A stretch of DNA of 64,000 nucleotides, from assembly GCA_003151795.1 (NCBI GenBank), contig PLYL01000005.1, forward strand, positions 1,011 to 65,010, given 5' to 3'. The position numbers and the translations under genes are program-made. Below the pieces are notes generated by a model. The model ran no database searches. It was not told the origin of the DNA and saw nothing but the letters and a program-made list of their open reading frames with translations. Position 1 is the first letter of the stretch. Each line of letters starts with the position of its first letter. The DNA is from Candidatus Yanofskybacteria bacterium (GTDB taxonomy: Bacteria > Patescibacteriota > Minisyncoccia > 2-02-FULL-40-12 > GWA2-44-9). Positions 55,036-64,000 of the stretch are shown in pieces.

Positions 55036-56000
55036 ATTATTTTTTGGCCGCCAATTTTGTTGAGGATTTTTTTGACCTTTTCCAGGCTATCGGTGTCATG
55101 AATCGAGAGCGGGGTGACGGTTGGATTATTATTTTTTAACTTTGTGACTATTTTTTTGAGTTCGGCCGGTGCAATCATGTCGGATTTGGAGATAAATAAG
55201 TATTCTTTCTTTTTTAATAATTCCGGATTGTAGGCGCCAAGTTCACCCCGAATGATATTATAATCAGCCACTGGATCAGTTGATTCGGCAGATAGCAAAT
55301 GAAAGAAGGTATTGGTGCGTTCCACGTGGCGGAGGAATTTTACGCCGAGGCCCTTGCCCATGGCCGCGCCTTCGATAATTCCCGGCACATCGGCCAGAAT
55401 TAAATCATAGTACACGCCCAAGTGCGGTTCGAGAGTCGTGAAAGCGTAGTTGGCGACTTTAGATTTCGCTCGCGTGAGTTCGTTTAAGAGCGAGGACTTG
55501 CCGGCGTTCGGCAGACCAATCAAACCGATATCGGCGATGAGTTTTAATTCTAATCTAACCGTGTATTTTTCTCCGGCTTCGCCTTTTTGAAATTCTTTCG
55601 GGCTGGTATTAGTCGAGGAGCGGAAATGATAATTGCCTTTGCCGCCTCGGCCGCCTTCGGCGACCATGACTTTCTCGCCGATTTTCGTAATTTCAATATC
55701 TGTTTTGGTATCTAAATTATGGACGACCGTGCCGACGGGGACTTGAATGGTTAAATGCTCGCCGTCTTTGCCGTCGTTAAATTGGCGTCCGCCAACTCCG
55801 CCATTTTCGGATTTGAAGACTTTGCTGTGGCGCAAACGCAACAAAGCGCCCAAGTCAGCGACGCCTTCGACGTATACGTTCCCGCCAGTGCCTCCGGTCG
55901 CGCCCGTCGGCCCCAAGGACATCATGTTCTTATTGAACCCGACCGTCCCATCTCCGCCATTCCCCGCCACGACCCTGATTGTAATATCATCGATTAACAT
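55032..56000 (-). CDS. obgE: GTPase ObgE/CgtA
   Basis: Gly-rich Obg fold, GLPNAGKSS, YAFTTLEP and DVPGIIEGA. Confidence 0.95.
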   Translation of the reverse strand: MLIDDITIRVVAGNGGDGTVGFNKNMMSLGPTGATGGTGGNVYVEGVADLGALLRLRHSKVFKSENGGVGGRQFNDGKDGEHLTIQVPVGTVVHNLDTKTDIEITKIGEKVMVAEGGRGGKGNYHFRSSTNTSPKEFQKGEAGEKYTVRLELKLIADIGLIGLPNAGKSSLLNELTRAKSKVANYAFTTLEPHLGVYYDLILADVPGIIEGAAMGKGLGVKFLRHVERTNTFFHLLSAESTDPVADYNIIRGELGAYNPELLKKKEYLFISKSDMIAPAELKKIVTKLKNNNPTVTPLSIHDTDSLEKVKKILNKIGGQKII

Positions 56001-56092
56001 TGGCGGTAATTATGCCATAAAAAATTAAACTTGACAATCAGAAAACTAAAAACCCTCTTGCAGGTCTATTTCTATTGCTGTATATTCAGACA

Positions 56093-57130
56093 ATGGATAA
56101 AAAGACTCTTATTTTAAGGCTTGAAGAGCTACGTGGCTCAAAAGTGATTGTGTATATTACAAGCGACCGCCCCGGTCCTGTTAATGCGCGGGTTGCCCCA
56201 GATATTATCCCATTTTTCAGTAAGCAACTTCGAGCCATGGCTCCCACAGGCAAAATTCCGAAAATTGATCTTTTCCTTTATAGCGCAGGAGGAGATACGA
56301 TGGTACCTTGGCGACTGGTTTCAATGATTCGGGAATATTGTGATCAGTTTTCTGTACTCGTACCTTATAAAGCCCATAGTTCGGCGACAATGATTTCTCT
56401 TGGCGCAGACGAAATTGCGATGAGCGATCTTTCAGAATTGTCACCTATTGATCCTTCGACTACAAATATTTTCAACCCAGAAGATCCAAATAATAAGCAA
56501 GCACGCATTCCAATATCGGTCGAAGACGTAATGGCGTATTTCGATCTTGCAAAAAATAAGTTTGGTATTAAAAGCGATGAAGACCTTACTAAAGTTTTTA
56601 TCCAGTTTGTCGAAGCGAGTCCTGAAATTCATCCCCTCGCCCTCGGTAATGTAAATCGGATTCACAATCTCATCCGTATCTTGGCTCGTCGGCTTTTGAA
56701 GAGCCATACAAAACCGATGAAGGATGAAGAAGTAGAACGTGTCGTCGATTTCTTCACTGAAAAACTATACAGCCACCAATATTTCATTGGGCGCAAAGAA
56801 GCAAGAGATGATCTCGGTCTCAAGACGGTCATTAATGCGGACGGAATTTTAGCCCAAACCATGTTTGACCTTTATGATCTTTATCGACAGGAAATGGGGC
56901 TTGGTGCTTCTGGTTGGAACCCAGAGGTTGAGCTTGGTTTCAATACAAGTCAAAACAAAAAATCTTACCGCATTGCTTATATTGAAAGCGCAATTAGTGC
57001 CAATTACTTTGAAATTACATTAGATTTTCGTCGCCAACAAGTGATGATCCCTCAACAGACTCCACAAGGAATCATTCAAATTCCTCAAGAACAGGTCACT
57101 TTTCGACCTATTGATCAAGGCTGGAAATAA
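56093..57130 (+). CDS. SDH-family Clp-fold serine proteinase
   Basis: LYSAGGD, AHSSATMISLGAD, LSPIDP and SHQYFI. Confidence 0.8.
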   Translation: MDKKTLILRLEELRGSKVIVYITSDRPGPVNARVAPDIIPFFSKQLRAMAPTGKIPKIDLFLYSAGGDTMVPWRLVSMIREYCDQFSVLVPYKAHSSATMISLGADEIAMSDLSELSPIDPSTTNIFNPEDPNNKQARIPISVEDVMAYFDLAKNKFGIKSDEDLTKVFIQFVEASPEIHPLALGNVNRIHNLIRILARRLLKSHTKPMKDEEVERVVDFFTEKLYSHQYFIGRKEARDDLGLKTVINADGILAQTMFDLYDLYRQEMGLGASGWNPEVELGFNTSQNKKSYRIAYIESAISANYFEITLDFRRQQVMIPQQTPQGIIQIPQEQVTFRPIDQGWK

Positions 57131-57136
57131 AATTAT

Positions 57137-57712
57137 ATGTCTTTACCCTTATTTTTAAATTCATCATTCTTCTTAGCACTAACAACTTCGGCTGTTGGTT
57201 ATTTCGCTATTTATTTATATCAAAGACAAAAACGTGATAAAAAACAAGACATAGCCCGCCTTATATTACAAGAAATTCGATACGCAGAATTAAAAGTTAG
57301 ACGTCATCGAGAATTTGGTCAGTATAAATTATATGATAAACTTTTACCAACAAATAGTTGGAATGATAATTTACATCTTTTCATTAACGAATTAAGTGAG
57401 TCTGAGGTTGATTTAATAAGTGATTTTTATTCTAAGTCATCTTACCTCGATGTTTTGATAAGAGCTATATCAGATCAAAGAACCAATATAGCTCCAAGCA
57501 TTATTCACCAAAACACAGTAAATGAGGGAATAACCCCACCTATCCAAAATCAAACAATACGGGGACCTATGATTATTGAAACGCAAATTACTAACTCAAT
57601 AACACAAGGTATTCTAAATGATGTCTCTTTAAATTTTGTATTTATATATAATACTCCCACAGTTGAAAGACTGCGGTTCATAGCGACTAAGAGAAAAAAT
57701 AATCAAAGCTAG
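57137..57712 (+). CDS. Hypothetical protein, N-terminal TM, very AT-rich
   Basis: 191-aa ORF directly after the Clp-fold protease. Confidence 0.65.
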   Translation: MSLPLFLNSSFFLALTTSAVGYFAIYLYQRQKRDKKQDIARLILQEIRYAELKVRRHREFGQYKLYDKLLPTNSWNDNLHLFINELSESEVDLISDFYSKSSYLDVLIRAISDQRTNIAPSIIHQNTVNEGITPPIQNQTIRGPMIIETQITNSITQGILNDVSLNFVFIYNTPTVERLRFIATKRKNNQS

Positions 57713-57912
57713 AGGTTATTTCTATTGGAGTTAGATAGATTTTAACTAATCAGATTCTCGAGATAATCTTTGAACATCTATCTCACAATCGCATCGTGGA
57801 TATGGGGGATTTGGTTTGTGACGGCGTTTAAGGCGAAGAAGAAGAATGTTGATCCCGTTTGTTTTTTGACCGCAACGAAAGGCTGTGGTATAGTTTTGCT
57901 TAAGGAGGCCGC

Positions 57913-58104
57913 ATGATTGATTTCCCGTTGCTAACTGGCGGGCGTAAAGGCGTGGAAGTGTTCGTGAACAGCAAGTGCATCGCCTACATCACGCCGGACA
58001 AAGGGTTCATGCTCGGCTCCGGTCTCGTGGTTTCTGCGGAAGAATTGCGCAGGATTGCCGACAAGGTCGACGAGATTAAGAAGTTGCAGGAGGGTTCGTC
58101 ATGA
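57913..58104 (+). CDS. Hypothetical small protein (ORFan)
   Basis: TTGACC..TATAGT promoter and AAGGAGG SD. Confidence 0.6.
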   Translation: MIDFPLLTGGRKGVEVFVNSKCIAYITPDKGFMLGSGLVVSAEELRRIADKVDEIKKLQEGSS

Positions 58105-58460
58105 GTCTGGTACGTTGCGGCCACATCTGCGACTGCGATTGCCATGGGCCGGTTCTGCATCGTCAGCCCGGTCCCGAGCTGGGGAAAAAGTACCTCATCG
58201 AGTTGCCGGAGATTGTCCACAATGGACCATGTTGTGACTACCTTTGTCCCGCAGGATGTGGCAACAACATCCTGCGGGGTATGACCAAGGCGCATCTCAT
58301 GGCTCCCCAGTGCCACGGCAAGACCGAAGCCGAAGCCGACAATCTTATCGCGAATCCGCCTGTTGTCTCGCCTGTCGTCCGAGCCGTTCAAGCTTTGATT
58401 GACAGTCCCGACCTCGCACGCAAAAGGTTCGCCGATGAGTTTGGCCGCGAATCAAAATAA
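58101..58460 (+). CDS. Cys/His-rich hypothetical protein (ORFan)
   Basis: ATGA overlap; CGHICDCDCH and HNGPCCDYLCPAGC..H..CH; followed by a hairpin at 58476-58508. Confidence 0.6.
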   Translation: MSLVRCGHICDCDCHGPVLHRQPGPELGKKYLIELPEIVHNGPCCDYLCPAGCGNNILRGMTKAHLMAPQCHGKTEAEADNLIANPPVVSPVVRAVQALIDSPDLARKRFADEFGRESK

Positions 58461-58553
58461 GCCGCTTGGTCTCACGCCGCCCCAATCCCGGGGCGGCAAT
58501 TTCTTTTTAAAAAGCAAAACGCACCCCGGACAAAGCAGTGCGTCTGCATTGGC

Positions 58554-58829
58554 CTAGGGCGCGGCGATTTCCGTGCTCGTCTTCTTGATCGTATTTTTGG
58601 GAAAGTACTTGGTACCGATGTGGCGGACCAGCGCCATCTTTTGAGGACTTCTCGCGGGAAGTTCCTCGTACAATTTCATCGCGCCCGAGAGCCCCGATGG
58701 ATGTTCCTTCAACTTGGTCTGGATTGCCTCATCCGCTTCCGTGTCTGCCTGCTTAAAGGCAATTTCAACGCTGACGATGTCGATTCCAGTTCTTCGGTAC
58801 ATCCACCCTGTATCAACCTCTGTGTGCAT
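58554..58829 (-). CDS. Hypothetical protein (ORFan)
   Basis: TACAAT and a GGGGG SD before the ATG at 58829. Confidence 0.5.
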   Translation of the reverse strand: MHTEVDTGWMYRRTGIDIVSVEIAFKQADTEADEAIQTKLKEHPSGLSGAMKLYEELPARSPQKMALVRHIGTKYFPKNTIKKTSTEIAAP

Positions 58830-58929
58830 GTAAGCCCCCAGTAAAGATTGTACAAAAATATTATTTTTGGTCAATGGGCCGCCAGCGCCAGGGAAGCCCA
58901 ATTTATTTTTAAAAATGATATAATCAGGC

Positions 58930-61836
58930 ATGGATTTTAAGGAAGCCTATAAGCAACTCAATCCGGAGCAGAAGAAAGCCGTCGACGCGATTGAAGGGCC
59001 GGTGATGGTTGTCGCGGGACCGGGGACGGGCAAGACGCAGATTTTGGTTTTGCGAATCGCCAATATTTTATTAAAGACTGATACGCCCGCAAGCGGAATT
59101 TTAGCCTTAACATTTACTGAAGCCGGGGCAAAAGAAATGAAACGGCGCGTGCGAGAAATAATCGGTTCGCGGGCCGATGAAGTCCGAGTCCATACCTATC
59201 ATGGCTTTGCGGCTTCGGTCATCGCTGAATTTCCAGAGCATTTTCCTCATCTTTCCCGGACTAAGCAATTAACAGACATCGAGACAGAATCGATGGTGCG
59301 CGATATTTTGAAAGAAAAAAGATTCGCGCCTTTGCGTCCGTACGGCGAGCCCGATTTGTACGTCGGTAAAATTATCGGCGCCATCGCTGATTCTAAAAAA
59401 GAAGCTTGGACTCCGGACATGGTTGCCAGTTTCGCCGCGGATGAAATTAAGCGAATTGAAAATGATGAAGATTCAATTTCTAGCCGCGGGCCAACCAAGG
59501 GCAAATTAAAAGCCGAGGCTTTGAAACGGATTGAGAAATGCGAACGCACGTTATTATTCGCCGAAGTCTACCGGGTCTATGAATCTCGCAAAAGAACGGA
59601 AAGGATGATGGATTTTGAAGATTTAATTTTTGAACTCATTACCGCACTGAAGAAAGACGAACTCCTGCTTCGTCTATTGCAAGAGAAATATTTATATATC
59701 TTAGTCGATGAGCATCAAGACACGAATGACGCTCAAAACGCGCTCATCCGTTTAATTGCCGATTTCTTCGAAACGCCCAACTTGTTTGTCGTCGGTGACG
59801 AGAAGCAGGCGATTTATCGTTTTCAAGGCGCTTCGGTTGAGAATTTTTTAAAGTTCCAAAGTATTTGGCAGTCGATGAAAGTGATCCCTCTTAGGGAGAA
59901 CTATCGCTCGCACCAGAGTATTCTAGACGCCACATTCGCGATGATCGAGCGCAACTACGACGAAGGCGAGCATGTTGATTTGCGCGTGCGTTTGAAATCA
60001 GCCAACGGCCAGCCCTCCAAACCGCTCGATGTCGTGCACGCCGGCAATGCCGAAGCCGGCGACGAGTATCTAGTAAAAGAATTAGCAAAAATAAAAAAAG
60101 GCACGGTGGCGATAATTGTCCGCCGCAACCGAGATATCCCGCGATTATTGAGTTTGTGCGAAGAACATGGGATTCAAGCTTCAGCCGAAAGAGGAACGGA
60201 TATTTTTTCGCATCCGGTCGGTTCTTTATTTTTCAGTCTTATTGAGTTTTTAGCGGATACTGGCCAGACCGAAGCTTTGGCCCAAACCATTGCCGGCGGT
60301 TTATGGAAGCTGACTCTTGAAAAATCCGCTAGCTTAATCCGAGCGATTCGGAGCGGAACTTTGCGGGACATTGAACGCGATCTTCCTGAATTAAAGAAGC
60401 TAGCGAATGAAATTACCCATGCCGGTTCAGTCGCGTATCTCACGCTGGCCGGCCAGATGAGCGGTTTAACCGGCCTTTCGGCAAGCGAACCTTTAGCCGC
60501 TGAAGTTTGGCACGCGATTATTGCGCTGGCCCAGCACCTGGCCCGGTCGCATGGTCTCGCCGATGACCCGCGCGCTTTGATTAAATTATTGCTGGAATAT
60601 CGAACTTCCGCTGAAAAAAAGACTATTAAAATCAGTACGGGTTCGCCCGAGGCTCGGGTAAAGATTATGACCGCTCACGGCTCTAAAGGGCTTGAATTTG
60701 ATTATGTATTTTTACCGTACGCGACCGAAGAAGCGTGGTTGCCTCGAGTTCGAGGATCTTATTTTGTTTTGCCCCGCGGCAAAGAAGAAGGCGATGAAAT
60801 TCGCGACTCGCGCCGTTTGTTTTATGTCGCGCTTACCCGGGCTAAAAAACATGTCTCTATTATTGCTCCTCTTCAAGAAGGTTTAGACACGGCCCTGACG
60901 CCGCTTCGCTTCTTGAGCGAGCTTGACCCAAACCACATTTCAAAAATAAATATCCCCGCTGTTGAAGTTCATCTCGGTACTGCTTCGCTTGAAAGCCGCC
61001 AGTCGAGCCGTCGGACTGAAACTATCGAATACGCTAAATCCATCCTTTTGGAGAAAGGCCTTTCCGTTACCGCTTTAAATCATTTTTGCGATTGTCCAAG
61101 AAAGTTTTTCTATAAAAGCATTTTAAAACTGCCGGAACCGCCGAGCGCGAATGCCGAAAAAGGCAACGCCATGCACGAAGCATTAGCGCGGGTTTGGCAT
61201 TTAAAAGATAAAAGCCAAGAAAAAATTTCAAAGACAATAATTGAATCAGTCAGTGCGTATTTCAACGCCTCCTTGCTGCCGTCATTTGAAAAAGAGCCCT
61301 TGCTTGAAGATTTGATTGAGACTGCGCCGATTGTTGCCGCAGCTTTGAAAGCTCATGTAAATCAGTTGGGTACGATTATGACGGAGACGTGGACGGAAAG
61401 ACTTTACGAAGGCGAATATCAAAAGACGGCCGTCCCTTTGCTATTGCATGGCAAACTCGATGCGGTTCTTGAAACAGCCGCGGATGTCTTGGTCTTTGAT
61501 TACAAAACTCGCGAAGCGATGAGCGAGAATGCTATCAAAGGCCAGACAAAAGACAGCGATGGAAATTATTTCCGCCAGCTGGTTTTTTATAAGATGCTAC
61601 TTGAAAATAAATCAAAATATAAAAACAAAACAATTCAGCCAGCGCTTGTATTTTTAAAACCTGATGCCAAAGGCCAATGTAAAATTATTTCTCTGCCAGT
61701 TTCCGCTGAAGATATCCGGACTGTCGAAGGGGAAATTCAAACCCTCATCACCAGTGTCTGGTCAGGCAATTTCCTTACCGACACCTGTGATGATAAAGAT
61801 TGTGAGTTTTGCGCTCTGCGGAAACTCATACAATGA
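58930..61836 (+). CDS. UvrD/SF1 helicase fused to a PD-(D/E)XK nuclease
   Basis: AGPGTGKT, VDEHQD, GDEKQAIYRFQGA, HGSKGLEF and YVALTRAK; GKLD..DYKT; CPRK..CDDKDCEFC. Confidence 0.92.
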   Translation: MDFKEAYKQLNPEQKKAVDAIEGPVMVVAGPGTGKTQILVLRIANILLKTDTPASGILALTFTEAGAKEMKRRVREIIGSRADEVRVHTYHGFAASVIAEFPEHFPHLSRTKQLTDIETESMVRDILKEKRFAPLRPYGEPDLYVGKIIGAIADSKKEAWTPDMVASFAADEIKRIENDEDSISSRGPTKGKLKAEALKRIEKCERTLLFAEVYRVYESRKRTERMMDFEDLIFELITALKKDELLLRLLQEKYLYILVDEHQDTNDAQNALIRLIADFFETPNLFVVGDEKQAIYRFQGASVENFLKFQSIWQSMKVIPLRENYRSHQSILDATFAMIERNYDEGEHVDLRVRLKSANGQPSKPLDVVHAGNAEAGDEYLVKELAKIKKGTVAIIVRRNRDIPRLLSLCEEHGIQASAERGTDIFSHPVGSLFFSLIEFLADTGQTEALAQTIAGGLWKLTLEKSASLIRAIRSGTLRDIERDLPELKKLANEITHAGSVAYLTLAGQMSGLTGLSASEPLAAEVWHAIIALAQHLARSHGLADDPRALIKLLLEYRTSAEKKTIKISTGSPEARVKIMTAHGSKGLEFDYVFLPYATEEAWLPRVRGSYFVLPRGKEEGDEIRDSRRLFYVALTRAKKHVSIIAPLQEGLDTALTPLRFLSELDPNHISKINIPAVEVHLGTASLESRQSSRRTETIEYAKSILLEKGLSVTALNHFCDCPRKFFYKSILKLPEPPSANAEKGNAMHEALARVWHLKDKSQEKISKTIIESVSAYFNASLLPSFEKEPLLEDLIETAPIVAAALKAHVNQLGTIMTETWTERLYEGEYQKTAVPLLLHGKLDAVLETAADVLVFDYKTREAMSENAIKGQTKDSDGNYFRQLVFYKMLLENKSKYKNKTIQPALVFLKPDAKGQCKIISLPVSAEDIRTVEGEIQTLITSVWSGNFLTDTCDDKDCEFCALRKLIQ

Positions 61837-61841
61837 TCTGG

Positions 61842-61883
61842 AGTTGTCATATGAACATATGCGCATATGTTCATATGACAACT
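61842..61883. repeat. Perfect 42-bp palindrome
   Basis: agttgtcatatgaacatatgc|gcatatgttcatatgacaact. Confidence 0.9.
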
Positions 61884-62004
61884 GGCCCCTATGACACATA
61901 AGGAAGCGAATATTTATTATTTTAAATTAAAAAGCGGTCGCCAGAAGAGGCGACCGCAGGATGGCACTCTCGCACCATCCTGCGTCGGATGGGCGAGATG
62001 CGCT

Positions 62005-62667
62005 CTATGGCGCGACGGGTTTGGTGTGGAAGGTTCTGTCCCACCGGACTTGAAACGTCAAGTGGTTGCTGGGCAGACGTTGGAGCCAGAGCTCCACGTT
62101 TCCGACTGGGCCCGCTTTGAGCGTTGTGGTGATGAATGGCCGACTTTGCCATTCATCTTGGCCGAATTGGTAGCCGGCATAGCCACCGCCCATCTTGATA
62201 CGTCCAAAGTCGTATTCCAGCTTGGCCCTTTCGAGCACGTGTTGGATTCGGCCCGCCTCATTGAGAGGTAGATACGGGAAGTAGGTAACCTGTCCGCCGA
62301 CCTTCGGCGTGATGTGATAGATCGCCAGAGCCCACGGGATGAGGTACGTTGCCCCGCCCGAAGTCGGACCGAGCGCCTTGTCGATGTACCCTTCGCCAAT
62401 CACCACAAGATGCTTCGAGTCGAACAGAGTACCTCCAGCGCCGATTATTACCTCGCGGTAGTCGCTGGCATGTCCGAAGTCAATGTAGCTGATGTCCCAG
62501 GGAATCAGTTTCCCTTTTTGGCCGAAGGCCTCGACGTAGTGGTACTCTCCGTTGCCCGTTGCGGTCCGGGCAATCGCGTAGACATCCGTTGAGGGGGCTG
62601 TTGTCTGCGCGGAAACCGAGGTTACCGCCAGTGACGCGATGATGAATGCGATAATTGGTTTAATCAC
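62005..62667 (-). CDS. Secreted beta-strand-rich protein (possible beta-barrel), GC-rich
   Basis: AGGAGG SD, signal peptide ending VSA-Q, alternating amphipathic strands ending TFQVRW. Confidence 0.65.
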   Translation of the reverse strand: MIKPIIAFIIASLAVTSVSAQTTAPSTDVYAIARTATGNGEYHYVEAFGQKGKLIPWDISYIDFGHASDYREVIIGAGGTLFDSKHLVVIGEGYIDKALGPTSGGATYLIPWALAIYHITPKVGGQVTYFPYLPLNEAGRIQHVLERAKLEYDFGRIKMGGGYAGYQFGQDEWQSRPFITTTLKAGPVGNVELWLQRLPSNHLTFQVRWDRTFHTKPVAP

Positions 62668-62795
62668 GGTTAACCGCCTCCTGGCAGTCGATTAGTTGTT
62701 AAAGTAGGGGAATAAACCCCATGCTGATATTGTAGCACAAAATAAGTATTTTTGTCAACTTTAGTAAAGTTGTTGTTTTTGGTATGATTTCGGGG

Positions 62796-64000
62796 ATGAC
62801 TCATCAGGAGATACGGGAAAAATTTCTTCAATATTTTAAATCGAAAGGGCACACCGTTGTGCCGTCTTCGTCATTATTGCCGAGCGACGCTTCGGTACTG
62901 TTTACGACTGCTGGCATGCAGCAATTCAAAGAATATTACACTCATCCCGAAAAAGCTCCAGCTCAAAACGTCGTTTCAATTCAGAAATGTCTTCGGACTT
63001 CCGATATTGATGAAGTTGGCGATGAATCGCATCTTACCTTCTTCGAGATGCTCGGTAACTTTTCTTTTGGCGGATATTGGAAAAAAGAAGCCATTGAATA
63101 TGCTCATGAATTTATTACAAGTCCCGAATGGATGAATTTAAAAATTGATTATGTTTCCGTATTTGCGGGCGAGGATGGCGTGCCCGCCGACGAAGAATCA
63201 GAAAAAATCTGGAAATCACTCGATTCTTCATTGGAAGTTAAACGTGCTGCCCGAAGCGATAATTTCTGGGGACCAACTGGTTTAGAAGGCCCGTGCGGAC
63301 CCACGACTGAGATTTATGTAAACGGAGTTGAAGTCTGGAACATTGTTTTTAATGAATATTATCTGCCGATGGTGAGTCATGCCATGGGTGAGAATGAGTC
63401 CTTTGCCGAATTTGAAGAAAGAATAAATAAAGAGCAATGGAGTGAGATACAGAAATTAAAAATTCAAGGCATCGATACTGGCATGGGCTTGGAACGTCTC
63501 GCTATGATGGTTCAAGAAAAAAAGAATATCTTTGAAACAGATCTTTTTGAGCCTCTTACTTCCTTGTTGCCCCAAGCTCAGCGAACAAGCCGTATCATTG
63601 CTGATCACGCCCGCGCCGCCGCCTTCCTCATCTCTGAAGGTGTTACGCCTTCTAATAAAGACCAAGGTTATGTCTTGCGTAGATTATTACGCCGAATAAT
63701 CGTTCAAGCTCATCTGTCACAAATAGACGCAAAAACTATATACGATGTATTAAGCAAAGTAGTAGATGTTTATGGTAAAGAGTATCCTGAGTTTAAGAAC
63801 GAAAAGATTGCCTCAGTTTTTAACGCCGAAGACGCAAAATTTGAAAAGACATTCAGAAATGGTTTAAAAGTTTTACAGAATGAGATGCACGTCAGAGATT
63901 ATGTGCCTGGGCAAGATATGATAATGGATGATTTAAGTTCCGTTGAAGGGGCTACGGGCATGGTGCCGGGATTTACCCCATTTAAGATCACAGCAGAGTG
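62796..64000 (+). CDS. alaS: Alanine--tRNA ligase (partial, runs off the window)
   Basis: MTHQEIREKFLQYF, LFTTAGMQQFK, HLTFFEMLGNFSFG, GPCGP, DTGMGLERL and ADHAR. Confidence 0.95.
   Translation, partial: MTHQEIREKFLQYFKSKGHTVVPSSSLLPSDASVLFTTAGMQQFKEYYTHPEKAPAQNVVSIQKCLRTSDIDEVGDESHLTFFEMLGNFSFGGYWKKEAIEYAHEFITSPEWMNLKIDYVSVFAGEDGVPADEESEKIWKSLDSSLEVKRAARSDNFWGPTGLEGPCGPTTEIYVNGVEVWNIVFNEYYLPMVSHAMGENESFAEFEERINKEQWSEIQKLKIQGIDTGMGLERLAMMVQEKKNIFETDLFEPLTSLLPQAQRTSRIIADHARAAAFLISEGVTPSNKDQGYVLRRLLRRIIVQAHLSQIDAKTIYDVLSKVVDVYGKEYPEFKNEKIASVFNAEDAKFEKTFRNGLKVLQNEMHVRDYVPGQDMIMDDLSSVEGATGMVPGFTPFKITAE

Noticed and set aside
57770-57916. Possible membrane-protein remnant (IYLTIASWIWGIWFVTAFK)
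   Set aside because: No start codon or recognisable family; too short to support a pseudogene call.
1-64000. CRISPR array or cas genes
   Set aside because: No run of equal-length repeats with unique spacers was seen. The C-terminal nuclease of the helicase is Cas4-like in fold only.

Overview
Bacterial chromosomal window that looks like a Patescibacteria/CPR (Parcubacteria-like) genome. This is inferred from the gene repertoire, a CPR-type pilin domain, many apparently leaderless genes and many ORFans. Housekeeping genes are a DEAD-box helicase, bcp, mnmA, gpmI, rny, HU, rarA, obgE, a UvrD helicase-nuclease, a partial alaS and four tRNAs (Gly, Pro, Arg, His). Accessory modules are a lipid-handling cluster (GT2, GT4, DedA, sphingomyelin-synthase-like, VTT), two MacAB-like ABC modules flanking a flavinylation/electron-transfer trio, a giant pilin-domain adhesin, and a class F sortase with two LPXTG-type substrates, one ice-binding-like. 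The most unusual signals are: (1) an AT-rich stand-alone reverse transcriptase (26525-27844) with YADD and an atypical motif B, fitting a UG/Abi (defence-type) RT rather than a retron, DGR or group II intron; (2) a family of miniature CCCG...CGGG inverted-repeat elements flanked by ~6-bp RTNNAY near-duplications that sit on start codons or in frame inside genes; (3) mnmA carrying five separate in-frame hairpin insertions; (4) a promoter-small RNA-terminator-NYN RNase cassette between duplicated GIY-YIG 5' ends; (5) ORFan cassettes ending in a shared CCCGCG...CGCGGG hairpin. All calls come from reading motifs by eye; no searches were run.
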